Source of the DNA: Acanthaster planci
Taxonomy: Eukaryota
Direction: 5' to 3'
Length of the DNA: 64,000 bases
Assembly (NCBI RefSeq): GCF_001949145.1
Contig: NW_019091355.1
Span: 4,537,374 to 4,601,373 of the forward strand
Under the pieces are notes generated by a model. It did not search any database. It was not told where the DNA came from and saw nothing but the letters and a program-made list of their open reading frames with translations. Positions 1 to 13,520 of this stretch are shown piece by piece. Positions within the stretch are counted from its first letter, which is position 1. Each line of letters begins with the position of its first letter. Made by a program: the position numbers and the translations under genes.

Positions 1-333
1 CGTGCAGTATTTTAAGTCCTAGCCAAAATAAGTCACATAATGACTGTGGGCTTTTTGAGCAAGTCCAGTTGGTAGAGAAGTCAGTTCGACAAACTCATAG
101 AATGGCGTCATCAGCAAGTGTCATGTGGGATGAATGCATGTTTCGGGGAAAAAAACAACAAATTGAAATATCCTTTCAGATATTTCTTCGGACCAATTTG
201 GGATTTCTCTAGGGTTGCCTCTCTCCACAAAAAACCCCAATAAACAATTCAATTGTTGAAAGTCAAAGTTGGCAAAAACAAACAAGAAAATTATTCCTGG
301 AATTTTAAGTTGACTGGTGATGTCCAACACCCC

Positions 334-523
334 TATACCAGGCAAGATATGGGACGGAGGGGTACCCCCCCTTACCTGTCCAATCCCTATACACACTGTA
401 GACTATTGTTACCTAACACACCCCCCTAGAAATCTGTAAAAAAATTCCTGAGATTCCGATCAAACAATGACCAACACAAAGGTGTGTGTGTGTGTGTGGG
501 GGGGGGGTTCTCTCCGTCTCATA
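334..523 (-). repeat. Dispersed repeat, copy 1 (with internal GT microsatellite)
   Basis: Reverse complement aligns with 45572-45743: tatgagacggagagaacccccc, tttgtgttggtcattgt, gtaacaatagtct, gtatagggattggaca, ggggggtacccctc. Confidence 0.85.
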
Positions 524-3500
524 TCTCACTTCAAATGTACACCCCTCCCAATTACAATTGTCCCAAAAAAGTCCTGCAGTGGGATCTTCTGAATGACAAT
601 TGTGAGACTTACGGAGGCCCGCTTACGCCCTGCGTATTGCTCGGGATTAACCTTACACGATCACGGTCTGCTACCGCACAGATGGCAGGGTTCAACAAAT
701 TTAGTGTGAGCGGTCACGTCGCTGGGAGTAAATTCTCTATGGTTCCATTCTGTTGCTCGATACTTTGCAAAGGGGGACCCCCTCTTTTGCATCTTCTTTT
801 TTGTCGTAGGAATCTTGGAATTCCTTTCAGATTTCGAGGGCGTGCAGTATTGGTACAATAGCCAAGGGTATAAGCGTTTGCATCACAAGGGACCTTTGAC
901 ACTGCTGAGTATCGTCTGTTGTCTGTTCCCTGTCTTTATGAGAAGGACTCCTTCGCTACACTAATCTAGCAAGTTCACAAGCCAGAAATTGGGCTAAAGA
1001 TGCAAAACAAATGTGAACCTAGTAGCGACTACTCGCCCACGCCACAACCCCGGACTTAATTGCTCTTGAACGACTTGTTTTCGAGTGTTTGGGATATTTC
1101 TCGAGCAAGAAGGGAGCGAAAAGTACCGTGAACCGTCAAGCGGTGAACCCGTGGCAGCCCGCCCCGTTGTTGATTGCTTTCCCCGGTATCGGCTGCAAGG
1201 GGAATGAGAGTGAATCTAGGCCGTTTAAAGGAGCTGTAAACCAAGCGTTTAGTGTGCAGTCAGCTTGCATAGTTTTATTTTCTGAAAATTTCGTAGGCCT
1301 ACTCAAAGCAAAAATCTGCACTGATAACTGCTGGTGGAACAGAAATGCCTGGCTTTTTATTTACGTGAAAGACTCTAGCATAACTGTCTATTTGTTTTAA
1401 TGAATGTATATTCATATTTATCAATTGAAATTGAAATGCAAGCGCAGTTAGATGAAGACGGTGTGGTCTGAGCAAGTGGTTTATGAGGACTGCATCGGCT
1501 GCTTTGTTAACCATCCCCTGGGTAAGTACATGTACATATATTATGTAGAATAACACTGACAAAAATAAGTAGCTCGCAACAGTAATCTCAGCCTCATATT
1601 GGCTCAGTGCAATGTTTGATTTGATAGGTTTTTGTTTCTATTGGCGAGTGCTTCTTTAATTCAGCAGACTGCAAACTGCGACTGCAGACGCAGGTAAGAA
1701 AAAGTACACGTACGTGCATACCTAGATTTTGGGCCGAGTCGGGCTGCGATCAGTTGCCTGTTTCTCCGCACCGTGATTGATCGCAGAAGGACGCAGCGAT
1801 GACAGGTGCGCTTGTCGGGTGATGACTTTTCGCCATGTCCGACCTAGTTGCATACGTCTGAAATAAAAAAAAAAAGGAAGAAGATGAAGTCTTGTCCATC
1901 AGAGCACCTCAAACTCCTCAGCCGTCTAGTTCCCAACCCGTACCGCCCCTGTCCACCACTAGGGGGGAATAGAAGGGAACCCGGCTTGCCGAGACCTAAT
2001 TTCCCCGGATTTCTGTCTTCGGGTTAAAGATTCAATCGCTATTTGCCGTTTTGCTGTCTGAAGGCTCCGGCTACAGCCGTTCCGTTTGGCTCCTTCGAGC
2101 CAGCGTGAGGCGCGCTCGCGCGACAAACTGGGACGAGGAGGGGGGGTCTGGGCAGCGTTCCCAGTCGGGCGGATGTGTTGCCGCTCGCTGCTACCCTGCT
2201 CCGGGTATCTGTCATTGCCAGATTTAGACGGAATTACCTGCACTTTATACTGTGCAAACTGCGGCCTTGGTGTCTCGAATGGTCTCGTTCTCAAAAAAGG
2301 AAAGAAAAAGAAAAGAAAAAAGTAGCTGCCGATCTAATTTTATCCGAGAGATGAAGATGGGACAGCTACTTGTAATTGAATGCCAACTGCTCACGCTAAA
2401 GTAATCAGACCAAAAAATAACACTTTGACCAACTTTTGAGGATTGCACTTTTATTTGAGAGACCATCAATGGAATACTAACAGTAACCACGTTCTCTAAA
2501 AAGTCAAACTTTTTTATCAATTAAATCGTCAAACCCTGAAGTCAAAGATAGAAATGGATCGGTGAAGAGTGCCATTTAAGATTCTGGTCCAGAGAGATAA
2601 TAATCTTTTCAAATTTACTTTATCAATCTTTTTTGCAGCCATTGGCCATTCATTGTGATTGCCTGCGTTGCGGTGCGAAGGCAGAATTGTCTCATTCTCG
2701 AAGGGGTGATGTTTTGACACCTATGGCGCCCTCTTAAGCTTGAAGTGAGAGAATCTTGGTGCTTTAGTTAATCTACTCCCATCCACAGAGCTCAAGACAG
2801 CAATATCAAAGGTTCCTCTCCTTTACCCACAGTTGATGCTGAAACCGGAAGGACTTGGTAATACCAGTATGGGCAGTGATAACGCCTTTTTGAGAAAGAG
2901 GGCGTTGTTAATTCAAATGAATCTGACCATGATCTGACGTCTTGTGGCGCTTGTAGCAGACGATAGTCATTACCGCTTTAACAAAACGTAAATCCGGGGC
3001 TCTACACTGCTCACCTTTTTTCGCTTCCATTCAGGAAAGTATCAATCAGTAGAAATTCGCGGAGTCTGCACGATTGACCCCATTTGTTGAAAGTAGAACT
3101 GGGGGTTGGAGTTCAAATGGGGGGGGGGGGTGATTTCGCTAAGTAATCGGGGAGCGCTCGTACGTGACCGCCAAAAAGGTAATCAAAATTGCACTTTGTT
3201 CTCCGGAGGGAGGCTGATAGGGGACTCGATCGCGTGTAAATCGATAGCAGTGTGAGTGCCATGTCCGTATTTTCCGCCCCCTGGATTAGGACCAATTTAC
3301 GGCGGAGGTCTTGGCTAATTAAATTGCCATATGGGGGCGCTTTTCAAAACAGAAGACTCGGGCCGCTTAGGACCGATGAAAGAGGCCATGACCCATTTCT
3401 TTTTTATTAGAGCCATTCTTACAAATCGTCGACTTGACATGAATTGACAACACTGCGTTAGCTCCTTCGACGTTAAAAGAAGGAAAACATTCCATTCTTG

Positions 3501-6500
3501 AAATGGCTTTGTGTGAAGCCAAAGACAAGACAGATTCGGATTCAGTTCACCATTATTGACGGATTCCAAAAGGTTCACTGTGCATGACCTTCCACTTTGG
3601 TTTCACTGCCTGTTTCATGATCGACAAAATGTGAGTGAAGTTACCGAAAGAATGCACTTCATTCGTAATTGTTTCATGTTTCAAGCTGTTCAAGACTTAA
3701 AACATGAAAAGTTTCACATAAGTTTCATAGAAATCTCTCTTCCCACATTTTCTCTCGTCATATAATGGGACTTGTGAATAATTTGCATTATAATATATAC
3801 ATTATAATAAATTCATCTTGAAAATAATTTGCAGTTATTCAAGAAGTTTAGACATAGTTGGGAGGTATACAACTTAGTTGTACAAAAACAAAAACTTCCT
3901 GGTTTTTGTCTTAATGTTTAATTTGTTGTGTATAATTCGTAACTATGTAACTTTTTTGGAAAAAATAAGAAACTGTTTTAAAACTGTTTGCACCGGCAAA
4001 TTCCAATTTAGAATGACCAAAGGCGTATGTATCGATCCTCTGTGTTTTAAAATTCGATCTCACCATGACGTAAAACAGTCAGTTCTTGCCCTATCTTGAT
4101 CCCATCACACCGATTTTGACGAAAATCGGTTGAGTATTCATTATGGTGACCCTTTCACCTTCCAACCCGGCAACCAGTTGGCTATTTTTTACCGGGTCAT
4201 CCCGGCCGGAGATTGCGGGTCATTTTGACCGATTTCCCCGGGCCACCGTCTGTCGGCACGTCCGAGGGGTCTCGCCAAAAGTGACCAGGGTTCTCTCCAC
4301 GCACGCTGCGATTTAATTAGCTAATAGCTCGGGGTAACTGTGTTCAAAGTGGCAAGGTGGGAAGGGGGCCCGCGTCTAACCTCCTTCAAAGGACGAAAGT
4401 CAAGCTGGGTGTTTGCTGGGACGGCTTAGGGAGCCGAATATTGGCGGTAATTCGGCCGAGATACATAAATTAATACAGCGTCGCAGGTGGCAGTTTCTGA
4501 GAAGAGTTCTTCAATCAGCAATGATGAGGAGCGACCTCAGTCTGTAGTCCTTCGGATGGGATGATTGAAGCGGTGTCTCCAAGGATGATACGAGCCCTTC
4601 ACAACCAAATTGCTGTGTCCGTTCGTGTGGTGGCATTCTGTGAATATCGGAGTGTGTTAGCGTCTAAGGAGCATACAGCCTGTCTTCGATGCGATAATTA
4701 ACATCGACACCTGTGGGCTTCGATCAAAATTGTACTTTACAGCTTCACGTGTCCAAGCTAATAATATTGCACGTGCATGATCTTTCTCCTCATTATGTTT
4801 TCTCCTAGCCCTCTCCTCCTTTTTGGAGGGATGTACTGGCCTGCACTCCGTTCCCCGCCTCCCCCGGCCGGCGATGACGCGGTATGTCAGACACAGCGCG
4901 TCTTACAGGGATTTCCTCCCCCACTCAGGTGCTGACAGGTGATCATGGTGGGACCGCCAGTGGAGGAGGTGGGGAGGGGGGAAGCGAGTGGGGGACAGGG
5001 GCAAATTTGGGAAGCTGGGTCATGGAGACAGAAAGAACAGACAGAAACTCGGGTATCTTTGCGACGAAGAGAGTTTCGCTCTGACTTATGAAAGTTCTAT
5101 CCCCGAATACCTCTTTTCCTCTGCTCGTTGATAGTTCTTCGATGTTCTCTTTGCCCCCGATTTTACCTTTTCACTCAAATTGAAAGTGTTTTATTTTGTA
5201 CGGGTGTAGCCTTTGACGATCTGGTAGTATTTCTGGATTTGTCTTTGATTCCTTTCTCATTCTAGAAGTCTTTATTTACCCTTCTCTGACTTTGACTTTC
5301 CTCACCATTGCCACGTCTTACTCTTTTAACTTGCCCCTACTCCTTCTAACCTCATGCAGTTCTACCAACTGATCACAGTAGGCCTACCCCGATGCCGAAA
5401 CGCACAGCACTGCCTGCCGACGTTCACGCGTTCGTTCCAATAGTTCCCCCCCCCAAAAAAAAAGCTCCCAGGAAAGGTGGAAAGGTATTAAAGATGACTC
5501 AGATTGGATGACCAAGTGAGGGTCTTTTTCGATGGGAAGTCTGCGTCAGGACGCGTTACGAGGGTCGGCCATCAAACGCGATGGCAGCCCTTGCAATGTA
5601 AACCTCTGCGACAATGCCGCATGATCCTAACGATTTAGGTGGGTTTACCTTCGTCCGTCACGCCAGCAGTAAAGATAAGTGATTGAGTCCGATCGTTGGT
5701 TCTTGAAGTCAGAGGTGGCGCCCTTTGCCCCCACCTCCTCTGCCAGGGCTGAAAACCAGTTTGCACGGTCATGCAGGAAAGAGAAATGGAACCTTATTGG
5801 GAGGAAGTCTGATTGCCACGTCCACGTGTTATGGATCTATGTCTCCTGAGATTCTCGAAACATGGCTCAGTCTTTGGCAATGCTCATCCCCAAGATGCAA
5901 TTATCTGCCTCAAAGATCTCTTTAAACTAATCAGTCTGTTTTGAAGATTACACTTATTCTGTCATCAGTCACAAATTTTACACTTACGGCAAAGTGAAGG
6001 TTGAAGTTCAAGGCAGACGAATGCCAGGAATTGTGTCGCAAGTGTAAACCCCACACACATCAATTCGTAAATTGCTTAATCCCTCGAGTATCCGCGGTCT
6101 GTTTCGCAGATCAAACCAATTTTTTCCTCTCTGTCTCTTACGACATTATGTTCAGCCGTTCATTACGACATGTCTCACTCTGTTAAAAAGTCGAAAACTG
6201 TCATTTGTTCGGTGTGGATTTGCCTCTGTAGAGGCGGCATACCGTGCCCCAGGTCATCATAACCCTTGAATGTGCTACAAGTTTTATGCCCGTATACGGA
6301 AGCCTAGATTGGACACTATTTCCATAGATAGTTTCCTTCAGACTGTGTTATGCAGGTTATCAAAATGATTTGATCATGAGTGATCAAAATATGGACAGTC
6401 TTTCAACAGTTCTTTCAGTTAAAAAGTAGACAGTTCACTTGTTGGAAGGTTACGTGCAAATGGCGTAGAAAACAGCCACACGAGGTGTCCATTAAAAATT

Positions 6501-8126
6501 TCAATTGGGAAGAACGAAATCGCACTCTCGACAACTGCTTTGACGTGCCAATCATTTTGCTGCCAAAGACTTATATATACACGAACTAGTAAAAAAATAA
6601 CTTAAATTATTTGGATCTATTGCGTATTGCGCACAAAGGTTGAAGTATTTACGAAGCCGTCGAATTTTCTCTTTGTTTCGAAACACAGGGGGGTCAATTA
6701 ATTATTACTTCTTTAATCTGGTCATATGTTTTAATAATATATGTTCATCCGTAGGGTTTTATTTGGGTCACCGAAGGAATGCGAGATCATATCTGGAGAT
6801 TGTACTCGGCCTCCAAGAGTTCAGTGTATACAGGATCTGAATATGAAAATGTCCAATCAGTTATTGCATCTTCTTCCATTCCAGTCAGAACCTAACGCCC
6901 TCTGTTCCTCTCCGTAATTTCAACCGGATCAAGGCTCTTCAGACCCACAGAATCCAGTTCACTTATCGTGCATTATACGCTACACCCCACAAATCCATAT
7001 TTTCCACTACCCGTATTAAAAGTTCAAGGTGAAATCTCCAAGCTTCCCAGTCGGGGCTGTCGTCACCTCAGCCCTACCGTGAAATCCGCGCAAAGGACCG
7101 GGTCGGCCTTTCCAAATCCCCGCTGTGTCGGGCGCGGCATCGGTGCGGCCACGGTTCAGTCAGAATGCGTAGCTTCTTTTATTCACGATATGCTATCGAC
7201 TCTTCCTTTATCTACGTACCACGAGCGCTGAAGGGATAAAAAGGATAGAGTTGGGCGAATTCTGAGATGATTTACTGTTCCGTTTGCGCGTCGAAATTGC
7301 CACTTCACCTCGGCCTCGAAACCCCATGGAGAATCTGGTTAGATCGCCGCAAAATGGCGGTGGTTTGTACCCATGCAATCAATGCTCGAAGAACCCTTGC
7401 ATAAAGCAGCCATTCGTAGCTCATGATGTAGTCCTACTTCATGAGTATTAAGTAAATTGAAAGTATTAACTATTGACTCAGAGGTTTTACAAATAAAACA
7501 AGATAACCAATGCGGCAGAAATGTCTTAGGCCTATGCTCGCTGTCTGCCTTTTAATTCCTTCCTTTTTTTGAACCGCATATTGTAAAAGCAGAGATCGTA
7601 CTGAAAGAAGTTGTTTACCAGGAAGTTTCGTCCTAATTCTTCCAGTTTTTTGCCTGTGGCTCATATAGCCCTGGGCACTTTCCTACGTGGTTGTCTGCGG
7701 CCATTCATACCATACCACACACGCTGCCGATGCCACCGATCCTAACCCCCTACCCACCAACAGACCAACAATACCAGTCCCTCTACCAGCGCTGGTCTCA
7801 CTTCCGCCGTTACAGCGACGGCGCTGAAATCCAACTCAAGCGAAGCCATTGAACAAACACGGATCGCCCGGCCGTCGTTTGGACAAACCAGCTCCTTGCA
7901 CTTTCCCGATACGCCCTTTGACTCTGTTTTCCTTCCCTCCCGTTCGGTGTGCCATCGCCCCGGCGTAAACCGTTCCCTCTAGTCTCGCTGAAACCAAGTC
8001 CCCTTGTTGAAATACTGCTCGAGAAAAAAAAATGAACTCACTATTTGGTCAAGCACAGCTGCTTTGAGTAATAGCAAACAGCTATACGGCAGCCGACGGT
8101 CCCAGAGAAAACAAAATAAGGAAAGA

Positions 8127-8145
8127 AAGAGAGAGAGAGAGAGAG
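8127..8145. repeat. (GA)n microsatellite
   Basis: agagagagagagagagag. Confidence 0.85.
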
Positions 8146-11100
8146 TAGAGGGAAAAAAAATGAAGAAACTCGGCTCGGGGTAAATAAGACATTGGTCCGG
8201 TGAAGACGGACATGACTTTTCAGCAGTGGGGCAGCTGGGTGGAAAGCCCCAGGCTAAATGTCTCCAATCCTTGGTCGAATACTAATAACAGATTCGCTTC
8301 AGCCCCTTCATCAACGGACCGGTTACGTTACACGTTGGCAGTGAACGTTATACGCGGCAGGAGGAGGTTCTACAGAACCTGTAGTGCCTCAGATGTGACG
8401 ATTTAATTCTAATTGCTGTCCCTAAAGATTTAAAGAAGGACTTTACATGATCTTGCAGTAACTAAAAAAGAGCCAAATTTTAAAGCAAATCTGGCAATCC
8501 TTTTGTTGACACTGTTCCAAATATTCAGCACTTAAAGTTCATTACTTTAACGGCTAAATTTTAACATTATATTTCATGTTTCATCCAGCATTTTTTTCGC
8601 AAAAAGTGCGATTTTTATGGTATTGGAAGTCAGCGTCGTTGAACAATTGTACACAGCCTTTTTCTCCCTAAAATTCAAGCCGTTAGAGTATTTTTTATAT
8701 CCACGATTAGAAAGGCATGGAAGAAAAGACACGGAGGGGCTTCTGTCGGGCTAGGCGCTATAACATCATTCATTGATCTCAAAGATCTGAGACAGTCCTA
8801 GCGATGATTCTTTTAACATCGCAGTCAGAAAAGCAGCTTCGAAAAATTTCTGCATGGCTTGTGGCAATTTACCACTGCCGGGGATCATTTCAACCTTTCC
8901 GTCCCAAATCACAGTCTTTTTAAAAAATCGAATCATCTTGTGGATGGCCTGAAGGGACCTCCGTATGCACCTCCACACAACTGCTTTAATTAAAACGATT
9001 TGGTTGCAAACCGCACCTTGATCTGCACTCATCTCCTTAATCCACCGGCTTTCACCGATACATCTGCCTCCCATGTAAATCTAACAGAGAACTTCGATGT
9101 AAGGCGCATGGACATAACTGCCCAGTGGAATTATTCATTTTTTTTTCTTTCAGGAAGAGGGGAAAAGATCCGGAATAGATAAAGCGGAGAGGGTTCGAAG
9201 TGATTTTAATGGAATCTAAAACCGAATCCTCTTCATCCTCTTCTCTGGGAGGGATACGGAGAGCTTTCGTATGGATCTCCCGTTGCGGCAGTGGAAACCC
9301 CGCGAAGGAGAAACGAATCTACTCTGAATAATGGAATCTGTGCTCTTGCCCTGAACTGAATTGGAGCTGTACTCGGGTGGAAAAATAGTCAGCGTTTGGG
9401 ATGGTTTGTTTACTGGAGAAGTGACACCTGTCAAAATTGGGCAAAAACGGAACAAAACATACGTGTATACACATACATTCTGTACGAGGGCAGCAATAAA
9501 GAAACGAAAGCCAACACACTAAATGATCAAGTAACTGTGATACTGCCTCGTGCAAAGACGGAATTAATTGCTTCTTTGGTCGGTCCTTCTATTTTTCGAT
9601 TCTATTTCTCTATTTCAATTTTTCTTTATCGTTTACATGCTGCTCAGCTGTGTATTTTGATCTTATTGTTTTCTAATGTAGAACCAGACTGCTGGGTTTG
9701 CCATATTATGCCATGCTGTGTCGCGATCGGGCACGGTGTCCTGTGTTGTTGGGTATCAGGGCAGTAGGGTGTAGTGCGTATGACGCCTCGCTTCGAGAAG
9801 GTACGTGAAAAACGCAAAATGTTGAAACACCTCTTAAAACATTTTTTTCTCAATAATGGGGATTTTCCAATTCTCGGGTTCGTTTCGTCTGAGGCTTCAT
9901 CTCCGATGTTCCAAGTAAATGACAAAACTTTTGTCACTGGATTGATAGCATAAGCTCTAAATGCTCCTCCAACCAAACATGACTTTTGAACGAGGTGAAA
10001 TCTATAAAAATTGGGGGAAAATCAGGCAAAAACCAGAGACTTTTGGCAATGCCGGGATTAGGATTAGTGTTTAGACCACACTGATCCGTGTAATGCTAAG
10101 TGTTATAGGACTGGAGCTGTCCTTGGTTACGCAGTTCCGTCGCCGTGCCTTGGTTTGCTATACTTGTCCGGCTTTCCTTTTCGCCTATAATTCAGTTGTC
10201 AAAAACCGTCTCTGTTTTCCATTCCATAGACAGTGGTCCGTTTACCGACCCTCTTTTTTATAATTCGGCTTGTACACGCATTCCAACCAATCCTCAAAGT
10301 TTGCCCAAGTCTTCCTTACTTACTAAAGCCACTTTCATTTGCAATAGAGACCCGGTTGTTCTAGTAGGCGTGTAGGAATTGATGGTGGTTTGTGTTCCAC
10401 AGCGCACCAGAAAGCTGTGATCAGCCCCCTCATAAGCCCGTGTCACTAATTATAACCTAACACAGGTTTCACACGTGAACAGTTTGCGGGCGATTAAGAG
10501 GGGTGTTTTTTTTTCCTTTGCAAGCTATCGCTCTCTTAACTTATAATCCTCGGTTTTTCTCGATACACGAACGATAATCAGCGTCAAGTTTAGGTACTGG
10601 GAGTGGGTGAAACAACGACTGCTTGCCCGCTGAGACTCGCTGCGGCAGAAACGGAACTTTAATCCTAGGTTTACCGGAAAGACAACCAAGTGTCACGTGT
10701 AATAAGATAGGGGGAGTAAGGAACAGTTGTTTTCGACAGCTGGGATGGGCGAGCAATAATTCTTCACAAAGACGAGACCATTAGGGCTGTCTCTGAATCC
10801 CCCAAGGCCAGAACTTGTACATATACACCCTATTCACGTGGAGGCCATGTTTGTTCTTATTCCCCAAGTCTGTTTTATATATTGCGAACAGTCGATTAGG
10901 ATGGCACCAGACTGTTTATAGGCCTATTTCCGTGCGTTCCAAACCTCTTTTTCAATAATTTTCAGAATCTGGCAATGTACAATTCCTTGTGTTCAATTAT
11001 GACTTTGGAATTATTCATCAGAGTAGACAGGTGAAAATTTGGCATGAAATCTCACTTTATTGCTTCATTTGTACTCTCAACATTCAAAAATGAAGAGTTA

Positions 11101-13422
11101 ACCTCGCTCTCAAATTCAATATGGCTGGCCCCGTGAATAAAGTCTATACAGAGTTGAGGGACCAGTGTCTCAATTGTTGGAACCAAAATGGCGGATTATG
11201 CGTCATTGCACATGGACAATTAGCACACAATAACTGTATGCTGTTCTGTACACGTGATGAACAGCCATTTTGGGTCCAATGCGTGAAGTTGGCGCCTCTC
11301 TCTCTGCCATATACAACTCTGGCCCTAGCCGAGATAGCAGCGCCCTTAAATTCCTTGCTTAGACAAAATTAAATCTCGCTTAGTTATTATACACAGAACA
11401 GTACCGCAAAATGGTAGAAAACTTGATGGTAAAGTCCATTCGTACTCAAATGCATTCACCACTCGGCGTCCGAATTTACATCAGCTAGCTTGCGTTTCTG
11501 TTGCTAAACTTCATTTCGCCTTCAAGTTTACTGAAATGCTAATTCGCATTAAGTTGGACTCGAGAAGGTATGGTACCAAGAATGTGTTGGCGAGATACAC
11601 CAAAGGGAGCTTGAAATTCAGCGTTAGACACAGCCTCCTTTAATTAAACATCTTTCAAAAGACTCGGACTCGAACACCGCATTGTTTGCACTCCAAGCTT
11701 AATGTCCACAGTGTTGGAATGTGTGTACATCAGTGTTCGTGTTGAGACAAGAAAACCTCGGAAGTAGTCAGTAGACAACAGTGAAGCCAAGGAACAAAAA
11801 CAGCGTAAAATTCGCCTGCTCTCAAAAGCCACAATTAGTGATGATGTTCGATTCTGATTTTACACTCGGTAGAGGCCGTTTTTTGCTCACAGCGTTTGGT
11901 TTGCTTCCACCGCAAGCATTAAGTTCAAATTGCTGACACATCCTCTGCTCTTTTCTGGCCGTCACCGATCTGGTTGTTGAAAGACGGCGTGGCCTATCCC
12001 CCCGTCAGCCCAACTTTACTGGGATTACCGCTGGAATCGCTATCTCCAGCCGGCTTTCCTATCCCTGCCAATCCACCCTGAGATGCGCTAAGAGGAAGCA
12101 CACTGTTCCCGCTTCTGTTCCCCCTTGTCTAGCCCGGGTTCCCCCCCCCTTCGTTTTGATCGTTCTCTCCTCGGGTCTGCACCGTGCCGGGCCCTCCCCG
12201 GCCCCAGCCTGCCCTCACCCACTTTTTTTTTTTTTGCCCACGCTTGTCTCGGCGTCTCAGTTTTAGCTGCCGAGCCCTGATCGAAGCTGGCATGTAGTTT
12301 CCGTTTGTATTTTATGAGGCTTGGGAAGGCTATGAAGGCGATGATTGTGGCTAGATATCGCGGCTTAAGCCGGTTTGAGCTGCAATCTGCAGAGAGAGAT
12401 TGCGCTTAAGAATTAAGCATCTTTTAAAGTGTAGGTAACCTACACTCAAGCACTTTATCTTAGACTACAAAAATGGTCTGTTCCTAAAACTCTGGAAATT
12501 ACTTTTTATCACAAAAAGCTAGAGACGTACGCCTGTCGCTTTTACAGTCTAGTTCCCAGAAGGTCTGATTGTACCGATATGCGATTCCTGGTAAAACCAC
12601 TGTCGTCTCCCATGCCTTAATTGTGTTCATTAAAGGTAACTGGACTTTTAAACTGGATTTCAAAAAGTTATGTGTCCAAAATCACGTGCCACCATGTAAC
12701 GTGTGAAGCATGGCTCCTGAATAATTTCACTGCGGTGGGTCAGTTCTGGGCGGATCGATGATCATGCCTGTTTGGCCTACCGTGAAGCCTGAAGAGAAAA
12801 TACCTCAACCCCAGGTGACACACTAGTTCACAGTGAGAGTTATTACTAAAAGCCTTTACCTCACAGCTGCTGACATCCCGTTCAGCATAGAAGCGGTTTC
12901 AGCGAGATTCAGGAGAGTTTTCAAGCGCTCTTACTAAAGATCATCAAGGCCGGTGGCAAGGGCTTGGACACACATGCATCCACCTCCCCCCATTGTCCAA
13001 CTCTTTCTACAGAACTTATCTGTGTGTGTGTGCTGAGAAGGGAAACTTGGATGTTGGTAAATGCAAGTAGTTAGAGCAATGCCATCCATCCTGAAGTGAT
13101 AATTATACCTAAAATGTAAGTAAAACGTTCGCTGTTGGGCTATGCACAAATATCTTTTTTGCGTGTATGGTTCAGAAAGCACCGGAGGATACTCAACGTT
13201 TTGGAAAGTATGCTCTTCCCATCGTCAGGAGACTGCAAGGATTTCGATGTTGGAGCGACGAAAATGGTGTCTGCAGGCCTTGAGATTTGGAGAGGATGCT
13301 AACTCAGGATCCGACCCAAGGGTGCTCAAGCATAACATGGGATGCCAGATAATCAGCGAGGGGTGGCAGTCCGAGGGAGAGCGAGGGAGAGATTTTTCTC
13401 ATGGTGCCACGGCAAATCTTTT

Positions 13423-13520
13423 ACTTACCTTGCCACCTTCACCAAGCATGGCAAGTTTCAAAGTTCATCAGGTCCAAAGTTGCCAGCTTTTATACCAAAT
13501 CAGGATTTGTGTGACGTCAC
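13423..13520 (-). promoter_or_regulatory. Candidate minus-strand promoter plus short first exon (CRE, TATA, Kozak ATG, donor)
   Basis: Minus strand reads GTGACGTCAC (13520-13511), TATAAAAG (13494-13487), gccATG (13449) CTT GGT GAA GGT GGC AAG, then donor GTAAGT (13428-13423). Confidence 0.45.

Noticed and set aside
368..380. Strong minus-strand donor CAG|GTAAGG
   Set aside because: Lies within a dispersed repeat whose other copy (45.7 kb) lacks the site.
1665..1699. Possible + strand microexon (ttcagcag...CAG|gtaaga)
   Set aside because: 26 or 29 nt, not frame-preserving, and no partner exons identified.
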